From Felis catus (lineage: Eukaryota), in assembly GCF_018350175.1 (NCBI RefSeq), contig NC_058368.1:82834001-82898000 (forward strand): a stretch of DNA of 64,000 nucleotides, in the 5' to 3' direction. How positions within the stretch are numbered: the first letter of the stretch is position 1; every line of letters starts with the position of its first letter. Both the position numbers and the translations under genes were made by a program. The notes below the pieces were generated by a model. The model did no database searches, was not told the DNA's origin, and saw only the letters and a program-made list of their open reading frames with translations. This document shows, in pieces, positions 47,500 to 59,600 of this stretch.

Positions 47500-47845
47500 T
47501 GCCAGGCTGCATTTCTGTGTGGTCTCTGCTCAGATGTCACCTTCTCAGTGAGTCATCCCTGAACTCCTTGTTTAAACTTGTGTTATTATTTACTACCCCC
47601 TCTCCCTTGCTCTCAGCCTGCCAGCTTTTTATTTTTCACCACAGTGGGACTTAATGCCATCCAACACAGTTCATATATTTTTTTTATTTATTGTTTGCCT
47701 CCCTTTTCTGGATAGAAAGCTCCTTCTTGGCAGGGAATTCTGTCTGGCTTTTCATTATTCCATCCCTTGCACCCCATCCGAGGGTCCAGTGCAAAGCTAA
47801 GCTCCTTAGTAGCACCTTGGTGTGGTTTTTTAATGGATGCATAGA
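47500..47845 (+). mobile_element. L2 3'-end fragment
   Basis: tctctgctcagatgtcaccttctcagtgag...gaaagctccttcttggcagggaattctgtct. Confidence 0.55.
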
Positions 47846-47884
47846 TTATGAGAACCCATGGCATTTTTTAAATTTATTTTTAAA

Positions 47885-48313
47885 ATATTTTTTTTTAATT
47901 TTTTTTCAACGTTTTTATTTATTTTTGGGACAGAGAGAGACAGAGCATGAACGGGGGAGGGGCAGAGAGAGAGGGAGACACAGAATCGGAAACAGGCTCC
48001 AGGCTCTGAGCCATCAGCCAGAGCCTGATGCAGGGCTCAAACTCACGGACCGCGAGATCGTGACCTGGCTGAAGTCGGACGCTTAACCGACTGCGCCACC
48101 CAGGCGCCCCAAAATATTTATTTATTTTTGAGAGAGAGAGAGAGAGAGTGTGAGCGGGGGAGGGGCAGAGAGAGGGAGACACAGAATCAGAAGCGGACTC
48201 CTGGCTCTGAGCCGTCAGTGCAGAGCCCGACACGGGGCTCAAACCCACAAAGTGTCAGACTATGACCTGAGCCAAAGTCGGATGCTTAGCTGACGGAACC
48301 ACCCAGGCACCTC
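47885..48313 (-). mobile_element. Two CAN-SINEs, a young one (~47890-48110) inserted in the tail of the other
   Basis: Inner TSD aaaatattt; outer TSD taaatttattttt. Confidence 0.88.
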
Positions 48314-48856
48314 TAAATTTATTTTTTAATTTAAGTATAATTTATATACAGTGTCACATTAGCTTCAGATGTACAATATAATGATTCAGCAATTCTATAC
48401 ATTACTCAGTGCTCATGAGAGTAAGTGCACTCTTAATCTCCTTCACTTGTTTCACTCTTCCCCACCTACCTCCCCTCTGGGAACTGCCAGTTTATTGTTT
48501 GTATTTAAGAGTCTGTGGATTTGTTTGCTTCTTTTTTCCTTCGATCAGCAGCATTTTTAGGCACACACTTCAGTGTTCTACTATGTGTTGATTGATTAAG
48601 GCAAGTTAAACAGATCACCTTATGTCGCTGATTGACGGAAGCATCTCATGGAAATCATAACAAGTTCTATCTAGTACATAGAAGTCCGTGTTTGTGGATT
48701 ATGGGAGGACTGGATGTGAAAAGATCTGTATCATATGGAGAATGAGGTACTGGTGGTGGTGATGACTGGGCAGGAGTCTCTCAGATCAGTTTTGTCCTTG
48801 AAGTGATAGATTTAGCAGCAGTTGGGTGCTGGGTATTTAAAAAGATAAACACAAGA

Positions 48857-49085
48857 GGGCTCCTAGGTGGCTCACTCAGTTAAGTGTCCAACTCTGGGTT
48901 TTGGCTCAGGTCATGATCTCTCCATTCGGGAGTTTGAGCCCTGCATTGGGCACTGTGTTGATGGCATGGAGCCTACTTGGTATTCTCTGTTGCCTTCTCT
49001 CTCTGCCCCTCCCCTGCTCACAGTCTCCCTCTCTCTCTCTCTCTCTCAGAAATAAACATTTCAAAAATAATAATAATAAAATAAA
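48857..49085 (+). mobile_element. CAN-SINE
   Basis: gggctcctaggtggctcactcagttaag head, (CT)n, (AAT)n tail; TSD aaaaagata. Confidence 0.85.
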
Positions 49086-50224
49086 AAGATACTCAAGCCC
49101 TGGGAGCCAACCAAGGAGAAACGGCATAGGAACTCAGGTCTGCTGAGTTTCACTATAACTCCTCTCTGTCTTAACTAATCTTCACTAATACTTCCCAGGG
49201 AGCTATTTTCTACACAATTATTCATAAAGCAAGCCATTTTTAAAAGAAGAAAGTTGGCAGGAACCTAGATGACAACTATATGATTATCCAACATTGCTGA
49301 GAAACAGTCCACCTTCTCCCTTTTCCCCACCTATGGCCACATGGACTCAAGTAACTGCAGTGACAGTTTCTCTGTACATACCAAGGTGCAGAACCAAGGG
49401 GCTTCAGCTTTCATAGTCATCTCTCTTTTCCAAAAAAAGGGGGTGGCAGGCATCTTAAAGGAAGGTGGCTTGACTCCTTGGAGCCTGCACTGAGTCTGAA
49501 GGGCCTTGACTGGGCAGCTCTTCTAGGGGAGGAATAGCCCCTGAGCCCCACCCACACCTCATAGGGCCCCAAGCCTCAGACACCCTGGAGGGGAGGGGGG
49601 CAGTGAGACAAGGACAGTCCCGTCAGCGGAGTATATAAGGAGGCAGCACTGTAAAGCGGTCCTGCCCTCCCACCCCTTTCACTGGGAAACTAAAAAAACT
49701 CAGTTATGGGGAAACTGAGGCTTGCAGAGGTCCAGTAACTTGCCAGAGTCCCATAGCCATTAAGTGGCAAGACCAGAACTAAACTTGCTAATCTGTCTGA
49801 CTTCATAAGCTCTGCTTTGAACCTCAGGGGACTTGCCAGTGGCGTTCTCCCAGCTTTGGACCATCATCAGGGCTCGAGTGCTGAGCAGGGTCTACAGCAT
49901 GTAGACACGGGTCTGTTGAACTTCCTTCCCATTGCAGCGCTGGCGTGACTCATGCTGGCCTTGGTTCACAGGCCCCACCAGAAGGGAACAATTGTGATTC
50001 AGCATCTGGAGATGGTAGGGGCGCTTCGAATCACACTGATCTGCACTGGCCAGATCCATCTTTGCACCTTCTGTTTGGGCCACCAGACAGCACTCAGTTC
50101 TGGTTGGTGAAGTGCAGTGGTGGCGTTTCTGCCCGTTGCCCTGAATTGGCCTGGACCTCATGACTGGTTCGGCCTTCCTTCCGACCCAGGACACTGACTA
50201 GCCTCTGCCCCCTCTCTCCTACAG

Positions 50225-50302
50225 ATGCCGCCCTTACTAGGACTGCTGTGGCTCCAGGTGCTGTGTGCGGGCCCTCTCCATACAGAGGCTGTGGTATTTT
50301 TG
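50225..50302 (+). pseudogene. VOPP1: Isolated VOPP1 internal exon (78 bp) with in-frame stop; unprocessed gene fragment
   Basis: Frame from 50226 reads CRPY*DCCGSRCCVRALSIQRLWYF(W), matching VOPP1 CRSYEDCCGSRCCVRALSIQRLWYFW; acceptor cctctctcctacAG and donor GTaggt intact; TAG at 50238-50240. Confidence 0.9.
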
Positions 50303-51764
50303 GTAGGTTGCAACCCCTCTTCGTCTCAAATGACTTGGTCTACCACCCACCCCACAAAGGCTCTGCCAGCCTGAGTATTGTCATGTCACCTTCACCTGAG
50401 GTCTTGGTCTCGGGGACAGTCTCAGTCAAGCACACAGGTATGTTCAGGTTACCTCGCCAAGTTTGCAGAAAGCTTGTTCCCTTTTTCACAGGCGGTGGCT
50501 GGAAAGAAGAGTTTGTCTTTGGGAGATAGGCTGGAAGACTGTTCTCCAGAAGTTGCTGTGCCAGTTTCTGAGATGGAGCTGAGGATGACTGTCTGAAAGA
50601 CTCAGAATTAGCCAACTTGTCATCAAGTCTGTGCTGCCTGGAAGTCATTCCCACTCATGGTGTCAGCTGAGTAGATAACTTTCAGGACAGACAGCCTGCA
50701 TCCTTGTCCCTCTTCCAGCTCTCCTAAGGGAAGTCTGTAAAATTCTACCTTGAGAGGGGATGAGGGAGTGACGCTGATGAAGCATCCTGGAAGGGGAGAG
50801 GTGCAGTTTCCATTAATAACAGGATTCCCCAGGGGATTGCCCGCTTTAGAGGGTGCCTGCTTGGGGGTGTGCCTAAAAATGTATTTGGGTCTATAGTTGA
50901 GAGACACTGCTTCAGATCTCCGGGACGGCAGGGTGTGAGTGGGAGAGGATGTGCCTAAAACCAAAAGAGCATTTCCTGCACCCACAAACCCTCTCCTCTG
51001 CTCCACTGCAATGGTAGTGTCATCCAGGCAAGCTCCACAAAGAGTTAAGACAAGCTTCTCTATGACTTTTAGATTCCGAAATCACTGACTTCCGAAGACT
51101 TTAAGACTTTTACTAATAAGCATGTTGCAGCAGCCACTTGAAATTTTTTGTGAAGTTTTGTCTTTCCCTTCTGACAACTGTTCCCAGGTTTGATTAGGGA
51201 AAATGCCAGTAAGTGGGATTCCACATGTCACGTTGTCTTTGATAAGATAGCCTGCTTCCATATCACCATCACCACCTCCTTGATGGGGCATTGGCCATTT
51301 GGGGGCTCAACTCACCTGTCACATCGGGCCCTGGCCTGGCCCCCCTTAGGGTTGGCTTGGACATCCCCTGTTTTGATGTCACTACCTCTGGCAAGCCCTT
51401 CTGAACCAAGTGCCATATTGGTGCCTAAAACTCTATAATAGAAGGTAAATTTTTTTAGCCCAAGACCTTCTGAATGTAAACATCTCTGAGTACACTTCAA
51501 GTGAAGTGGGCCAGTACCAAAGCAGGGACTGGGAGGGCCAGGACAGTTGGTATTCCAGAGCTTTGCCTAGTTTCATGCATGCTTTCCCTCAGAACTTTCC
51601 TCCATGGGGCCTTGTGGTAGAAGGAGACAGGACTGTCTGGGACAAGAGTCCTGAAATGCTTAGGAAGTTATGCCAGGTTAGCCTGAAGCACCAGATGTTC
51701 CTAAAAATGAAATGTTCCTAAAAAAAAAAACAACTTGTCAAGGTTTAGGTATCAGGTGATTAAA

Positions 51765-51966
51765 AAAACTTTTTATTACATTTATTTATTTTTGAGAGAC
51801 CAAGAGAGACAGAATTCAAGTGGGGGATGGGCAGAGAGAGGGAGACAGGATCTGAAGCTCTGAGATGTCAGCACAGAGCCCAATGTGGGGCTTGAACCCA
51901 TGAACTGTGAGATCATGACCTGAGCCGAAGTCAGACACTCAACCAACTGAGCCACTCAGGCACCCC
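51765..51966 (-). mobile_element. CAN-SINE
   Basis: Typical body; TSD atcaggtgatt. Confidence 0.88.
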
Positions 51967-53879
51967 ATCAGGTGATTTTTTTTAAAAAATTGAGAGTGCA
52001 GGAGAAACATAAGGGCCTAGAAGCTAGAGCATCTTCTGTTGGCTTTCCCAGGAAACTTTACCTGAGCCAGCAGCCAAGTGCCTTTTAGAGGCCAGCCAGG
52101 GTCACTTATCAGAGTTGGGACACATTGGTAAGACAGTATGCAGTGAATGAGCAGGATCCCTGCACAGAGACATCTTATGAGTGCCATCAAACGGAGTGCC
52201 AGATGACAGAAGAGGAGATTCTGACAACAGGTTCTAAAGTGGGGGTACATCCAGAGAACAGCTGGAGATGTGTCTGAGGTGCCCCAGCTAAAGTCAAAGG
52301 ATGCTTGCGTCCAGCTCCTATGCATTCCTTCCCTCAGTAAACATGAAGTGTCTTGTACTCACCAGAGCCCCATGGAGAGGCACTTAGGGTAGTCAGACTC
52401 CTAAAAGAAGCAGGTGTCTAAATAGGTAATTCTATGGGGAGAGTTTTAAACTGGTGTCCTGGAAACACAGGATGGAGCCTCTGATCCCAGAAAAGTTGGG
52501 AAAAGCTGCAAAGCTTCTGACTGGGTGTCAGAGAGGGTGTTCTGTTCAAAGAGACCAGCATGTTGATGGGACAAGGAGGTAAGAAGAACCAACAAGGTGA
52601 GAGAATGGCAGGAGAGTCATGTGGGAGGCAGGTGTTTGTGGGGGAAGCATAGGAGATGGGAATATGGAGCTGGACATAGAGGGAAGGAAGGGCTACTCTC
52701 CAACCTTGGTCCCACCTCGTTTTTAAGGACTTCTGTCTCCTTACCATAGAACAAAGGTCTGGAGGAGAATGCTTCAAAAGTCCCCCCAGTTCTAAAATCT
52801 TGAGTAATCTTTGACCAACGCAGTCTGAATGAAATTTTCATTGTTTGAAGAACTAGACCAGTAGCACCCTTGAGTAGAGCTGGAAAGTACACTATGAAGG
52901 AGTAAAACCCCAGCAGGGTTATTATGTGCGTGAGCCCTGCCGCTGGGGGCTCCCACCCACCTGGGTCTGCATCATGGTTCACCTGATGCCTGGGACGTGC
53001 ATTCAGGGAGAGAGCTGCTGTGCTGAGTGCTGGGGGAGGGCAAGAAGGGATTGAAAAAACACATAGAATTGAAGAAACCAGATTACTTTGGATAATAGAA
53101 AAGGCATGAACTTCCTCCCTTCATCCCTGCAAAGCTTCCAAAACCTGGTCAGCAATGAAAGGGAACATCTAGAGCACAATTACCCTTTAGTGCTTCAAAG
53201 AACAGCTTTTCTTACTATACTCTTCTTTTTCCCCTTCCTCTCTTTCCTTGTTCTATAAGCTCATTTTCTTGACCCCTTGTCAGTTTCTCTCTTAAAATAA
53301 GTTCTCTCACCAATATTTCAATGAGGAATGAATCTGATGATTGATACAGAAGCTGGTAGTCAGTCTCCCACATTTTGACTTGCTCTGCCCATGCTTGGTA
53401 CTTACTTGGTCTCTGTTAGTCTAAGGTGCAATATCAGATGAGGTGCCTCAATATCATTCATATCTAGCTAGGAGAAGAATAATTCCATGTGATGGTGGAA
53501 CCAACACTGTGGCCTGTCCCAAGGAAGAGACCCCTATCTCAGATTTCTTGTGCATTTTTCAAAACCAGGGAGCCCATCTCTTGGGAGTGAGTGGAAGCAC
53601 TGTTTGAAAAACGCTATAAATCCTGTATATAAACCCTTCCGCACAGTGAGCCTCTCTGTGCTCAGATACTTACAATTCAGCCCACGGTTGAATGTAAGAT
53701 TACCATTGAGTTCATCCCAGGGAAATTAGTCTTAAGAGCCGAAAGAGTTCCCTTTGTGATTCCAGCATCTCGGTGCAGAGATGTCAGGCCCTTGCACAGT
53801 GGGATTCTTTGATATCCCAAGACAGCAGCCCCCTCGGCCTCTTCCCCGTCGGCGGCCCACAGCAATCCTCTGGGAACAA

Positions 53880-55547
53880 GGCCGAAGGGACTCCGGTCTC
53901 GTGATTTCCCTCGAGGGCTGAAGTTAGGGCCCATGCGACGGGGCGGCTCAAGTGGAGCTTTAGGTTTCGAGGCCGGCTTAGTTTTCAGTGGAGGGATCTG
54001 GTTCGGGGTAAGGTTAGGGTTAGGGTTAGGTCCAAGGAGGCTCCAGGGGCCGAACCCACAGCAGGGCAATGGTCTCCCCAAAGGGCTTAGTTGAGGACAC
54101 AATGGAGGGTGCCGCTCATGATCAGACTATGGCTGCCAAGGACACATAATTCGATGGGCCGGGCAGCTACAGCCCGGCCTGTGCAACGACATGCTGAGCT
54201 TCCTGGTTCCATGGCTAGTGAGCTTACACTGCTTCTGGACCCCAGGTGCGTGGTGTTGTCAGGCTTTGAGATTGGGTCTCTATGGGGAGGGAGGCTAGCT
54301 AGGGTAAGGGTTCAGTCCAGGGACATCACCAGGGCCGAAGCGACTCCAGTCTCGTGATCTGGGGTCGAGGGCTCAAGTGAGGGCTTATGCGACGGGGCGG
54401 CTCAAGTAGAGGGTTTGGGCTCGAGGCCGGCTGAGGTTTCAGTGGAGGGTTCCGGCATGGGGTAAAGATAGGGTTATGGTTAGGTCCCAGGAGGCTCCAG
54501 GCGCCGAACCCCAAAGCAGGGCAGTGGTCCCCCGAAGGGCTGAGGTGAGGGCACAAGGGAGGGTACCTCTCAGGATCAGTCTTTGGCTGCCACGGCCACA
54601 CACGTCGATTGGCCCCTGGTTGAGGAGGCCTCAGGAATCCTCTCGGGTAGCTGCAGCCCGGCCTGGGAAACGACGTGTTGCGCTCCAGGTCCCATGCCGA
54701 GTGAGCCTGCTCTGCTTGTGGACCCCAAGCGCGTCGTGTAGTCCGATTTTCTTATAGGGGCCCCATGGGGAGAGCGCCTTAGCTAGGGTTAGGGTTCGGT
54801 CCAGAGACGTCGCCAGGGATGAAGCGACTCCGGTCTCGTGATCTACCTCAAGGGGTGAAGTGAGGGCTCATGCGACAGGGCGTCTCAAGTGTACGTGGTG
54901 GAATCGAGGCCGGCTTAGGTTTCGGTGGAGGGTCCCGGTTTGATGTTGGGTTAGGGTTAGAGTTAGGACCCAGGAGGCTCCAGGCGCCGAACCCACAGCA
55001 GGGCAGTGGTCTGCCCGAAGGGCTGAGTTGAGGGCACAAGGGAAGCTGCCGGTCAGGATCAGTCTTTTGCTGCCAAGGACACACACGTCGAAGGAACCCT
55101 GTCCGGGAGGCCTCAAGAATCCTCTCGGGCAGTTGCAGCCGTGCCTCGGAAACCACATGCTCAGCTTCCAGGTTCCATGCCGAGTGAGCCTGCACCGCTT
55201 GTGAAGCCCAGGGGTGTGGCGTTGTCAGGTTTAGGGATTGGGTCCCTTGGGGAGAGTGCCTTAGCTAGGGGTAGGTTTCGGTTCAGGGACGTAGCCAGAA
55301 CCGAAGCGACTCCGGCCTTGCGATCTACCACGAGGGCTGAAATGAGGGCTCATGCGACGGGGCGGCTCAAGTGTAGGGTTAGGGTTCGAGACCGGCTTAG
55401 GTTTCGGTGGAGGGGACGGTTCCTGGCGGGCGGTTAGGGTTAGGGTTAGGTCCCGGGAGGCTACAGGCTATGAACCCACAGCAGGGCAGTGGTCTCCGCG
55501 AAGGGCTGAGTTGAGGGCACAAAGGAGGGTGCCGATCAGGGGTCTTT
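53880..55547 (+). repeat. Second FA-SAT array (~3.5 monomers), CpG-rich variant
   Basis: Anchor ccacagcagggcagtggtc at ~54056, 54511, 54993, 55476 (spacing ~455, 482, 483). Confidence 0.93.
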
Positions 55548-56610
55548 AAATTACATTTAAAGTAATTAATGATATTTAAGTAATTATTATCTTTTTGTCA
55601 ATTTTTTTTTTACTGTTTTTTAGTTCCATTTTTCCTTTATTTTTCTCAGTGTTTTATTTTGTGATTTTTGTTTTTGGAATGGTATACCTTGCTTCCTTTC
55701 TCTTTGTCTAGCTAGGTTATTTATGTTAAGAAACTCAGGCATTTGAGATGGTCTTACCCAAAAGGTACATTTTTGTTCCTTTCTTGCTATTTTCAATGAA
55801 TTTTTGTCTTAATTGTGATAAGCACCAGATATTGTATGGAAATGAGTCACTATATTATACAGCTGAAACTAATTTGTACTGTATGCTAACTAACTGGAAT
55901 TTTAATAAAAACATAAAAAAAGAATGCTGACAACAGACCAAGTCAGTATTTATACCACATTCATCATTCAATACTTTCAGATTGATCACATGAATGAATC
56001 AACTTTATAATCTTATTTGGTATCTACAGATTTAGAGTTCACTATTTAGCAATAAGTGCGACCAAGTTATTAATCTTAAAAAATGAATTTTTGTCTTAAG
56101 TTTTCACAATTATGTATATGATATTTGTTGGTTGGAAGCTATTTTAATTTAATCTGTTTCACATTTAATCAACCTGCTTGAATTTGTAGTCTTATGTCAT
56201 TTGCCAAGTTGGGAAATTTTTAGTCACTATTAATTTTGTTATTTTTCATCTCTCTGTACTTCTCCTCACCACACTTTGATAAAATAAATATATATCCCAT
56301 GGTTTATGAGGATACATTCATTTTCTTTATTTTTTAATTGGGAAATTTCCATTGCTATTTTTTAAAGTACACTTTTTGTGTACTTTCTACTTTGCTGTTC
56401 AGTCCATCCATGAGATTTTTATGTGGTTAGTGCATTTTTTGACTATAAGATTTACATGTTGGGTTTTTTTTCATATATTTTCTTATGCTAAAAATTTCTA
56501 TTTACTTGTTAAATTGTTGCTAATACATTTGTTTCAAGGGTGTTTATAATTTTTAGTGAAAATTTTATAAAGGCTGTTAATAAATTTTAATTAAATAATT
56601 TTAGCATTTT
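55548..56610. mobile_element. Decayed AT-rich L1 fragments, including a short plus-strand L1 3' end at ~55828-55921
   Basis: tcactatattatacagctgaaactaatttgtactgtatgctaactaactggaattttaataaaaac is a carnivore L1 3' terminus. Confidence 0.55.
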
Positions 56611-59600
56611 AGAGGGGGGGTGCCAGCAAGATGGCAGAGGAGTACCCTAAACTCACCCTGTCTCATGTTTACAACTAGATATCACTCACATCCAAATCAA
56701 CAAACTGGAGAGTGATATGAAGACTGGCAGAACAGACCACAACTAAATATAGGGAAGAAGTTGTATGGAAAAGTTAGGAAGGACAGAAAAGGTGCTTGCT
56801 TGGAAGTGGCCCCCAGAAGGGATAGACGAAAGGGGAAAGTACCAGGGAGCCCACATACGGAAAATGAATTCTTATAATTCCTGGCCTTGAAAACCAGAAG
56901 GGCTGAGCTCCATGAGTTTGTATAACTGGTGGATCTTGCAGCCTGGAGCTTTAACAACCAACTCAGCCTTGGGAAAGCTGGCAGGGCAAGTGATAACAGG
57001 GTCCCTACCCTTAAAGAGTACAAGTAGATGCAACAGAGAAGCCACACTTTGTACAATGGGGGGGGGGGGGAAGATATTTATACTGAATTTGGGGCATGTT
57101 GGGGTAATTCTCTGAGAACAAAGGATCTGTTCCATTTTCTTCCCTTGTCCCCCAGCATAAACACAGAACCACTTTCAGAGGCAAGATTGCACTGACACTT
57201 GCTACATAGCTTTCTTGCAGTGTGCCCCACCCAGGAGTTCTCCTAAAGACCACCCACAACAAGACTACTGACCTCTGCCCAGGACTCAGCAAAAATTTTG
57301 TTATTGCTGCCCATGACAACCAAGCTGCTGCCTCTGTGGATTGCAACCCCATGACCATTGTGTTTCTGGGGATCCTGCTTAGGACTTCTGGGTTGGTGCC
57401 AATTTTGCTAATGCTGTGTGCACATCACTCACCTGCCATCTGTCCCACCAGCCATTCTCCTTGCCCAGCTGCTGCACACACAGACACAAGTCACCATGCC
57501 AAGCCACCAGGCACACAGATGCTCTGCTCAATAACCATATGCACAGACACCATGTGCCCCTGGCCACCATACTACTGGGAATCAACCTAGGACTAGTGGC
57601 TTTGCAAATCTTACTAATGGTGCATGTGTGCCCTGTCTAGCTGGCTAGTGCACAGAAGCCAACAACCCCTAGCCCTTGATTGTGATGCACACAGAGCCCC
57701 AGGCCACCACCATATTTCAGGAGAGCCAGCCCAGGACTAGCGGCTCAAGGCAAAGTTTGGTAATGCTGTGCATATACCCTGTTCAGCCTCTCCCCACAAT
57801 GTTTCACACCCCCTACCACCACCACTACCCTTTTGTTTGGCCACCCAGCTGTGGGGGATTCAGTTTAGGATTAACATCACAGTGCAAATTTTACTAACAG
57901 CATCTTCTGCAGTCATACTCCTTCAGAATTGCTCTGCCTGGATCTCATTAAGATCACAGAGAGCAAGCACAGACCACAGCAGGCAAAGACTCTGTTGCAG
58001 ATGTCTGCACTGAATAAAAGATACAATAGCGAAAAATAAGAAACACACATAGGAGTCTCCCCTGAAGTGTCAGATTCTAATGAACACAGGACAATGCACT
58101 ACAGAACACTACAGGACCTCCTCTTCATAAAAAATACTTTCAAAAGCAGATAATGCAGCTAATTTTCCTAGTACACAGAAATACACACACAGAGGTAGAC
58201 AAAAGGAAGGGACAGAGAAATATGTCCCAAATAAAAGAACAGCACAAAATCACAGTAGGAGATCTGAAATGAAAAAAATAAATAAGTAATATAACTGATA
58301 CAGAATTTAAAGTAACAATTATAAAACATATTCATATGACTTCAGAAAATGATGGAAATAGCAGTAAGAACTTTGACAAAGAGTTAAAAAAATAAAAATC
58401 TGAGATGAAGAGCTCAATAAATGATATTAAAAGTACAACAGATTGAATAAATAGTAGGATATAGGAAGCAGAGGAATATATCAAGGGCCTGAAGAATAGA
58501 GTAATGGAAAACAAACTGAATAGGTGAGAGAAAGACAAATAGTGCATAATGAGATTAACCTCAGAGAAATCAGTGACTTGATCAAGCGTAATAATATTTT
58601 CATTATAAGGATTCAAGAAGGAAGAGAGAGACAAAATGTGTGTGTGTTGGGGGTGGGGGACAAAAGGGGGAAGACAGAAAATGTATTTGAAGAAATAATG
58701 GCTGAAAACGTCCTGAATGTGGGGAAGGAAATAGATATCCAGATATAAGAGGTACAGAGATCCTCTAACAAATTCAATCCAATGAGGTCCACACCAAGAC
58801 ACATAGCAATTAAAATGGCAAAAAAAGTAATAAAAAATGTTAAAGGTTGAAAGAGAAAATAAGAAAATTACATAGAAAGGATACCTCATAAGGCTATCAG
58901 TTGATTTTTCAGCAGAAACTTTTAGAGTCAGAAGGGAGTGGCATGGTGTATTCAAAGGTATAAAAGGGAAAAATCTCCATCCAAAAAGAATATACACAGC
59001 AAGGCTATATTTAATAATAGAAGGAAAGATAAAGAATTTATTTGACAAACAATTTAAAACAATTCATGACCATTAAACTAACCCTATAAGAAATGTTAAT
59101 GAGGAATCTGTGAGTGGAAAAAAATAACTAAGAATAAGAAAAATAGGAAAGACAAAATAAAAAGATATAAAAGATGACACGAAATATCTGAAACATGGAA
59201 GAGAGAAGAGTAAAGAATGAGCTCAAAAATAAGGGACCATCAGCTTCATATAGACTACTCTATGCAGAAGATGTTATATATAAACTGAATGGTAATTATA
59301 AACCAAAAAATAGTAATAGATATGGAAAACAAAGAGCGTGTAATCCAAGTATATCATGGAAGAAAATAGGCAAACCATGAAAGAGAGAAAAAGAAGAAAG
59401 TTTCAGAGAAAAACAAAATAAATAAAACCTTACAAAACATTGCAGTGAATACATATCTATCAATAATTGCTTTAAATGCAAATGAACAAAATAGTCAAAA
59501 GAAATAGGTAATAAAGTGGATAAAAATAGAATACTCATCTATACACTACCTATAAGAGATTCATTTAAGACCTAAAGACAACTACAGATTGAGAGTGAGG

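Noticed and set aside
49631..49640. TATA-like gtatataagg
   Set aside because: Isolated motif within presumed VOPP1 intronic sequence; no other promoter evidence.
50225..50330. Signal-peptide-like reading MPPLLGLLWLQVLCAG starting at 50225
   Set aside because: Alternative frame of the VOPP1 exon; the ATG is simply the first three bases after the splice acceptor.
58332..59048. 238-aa minus-strand ORF
   Set aside because: Antisense of decayed L1 ORF1; hydrophobic low-complexity translation of A-rich DNA.
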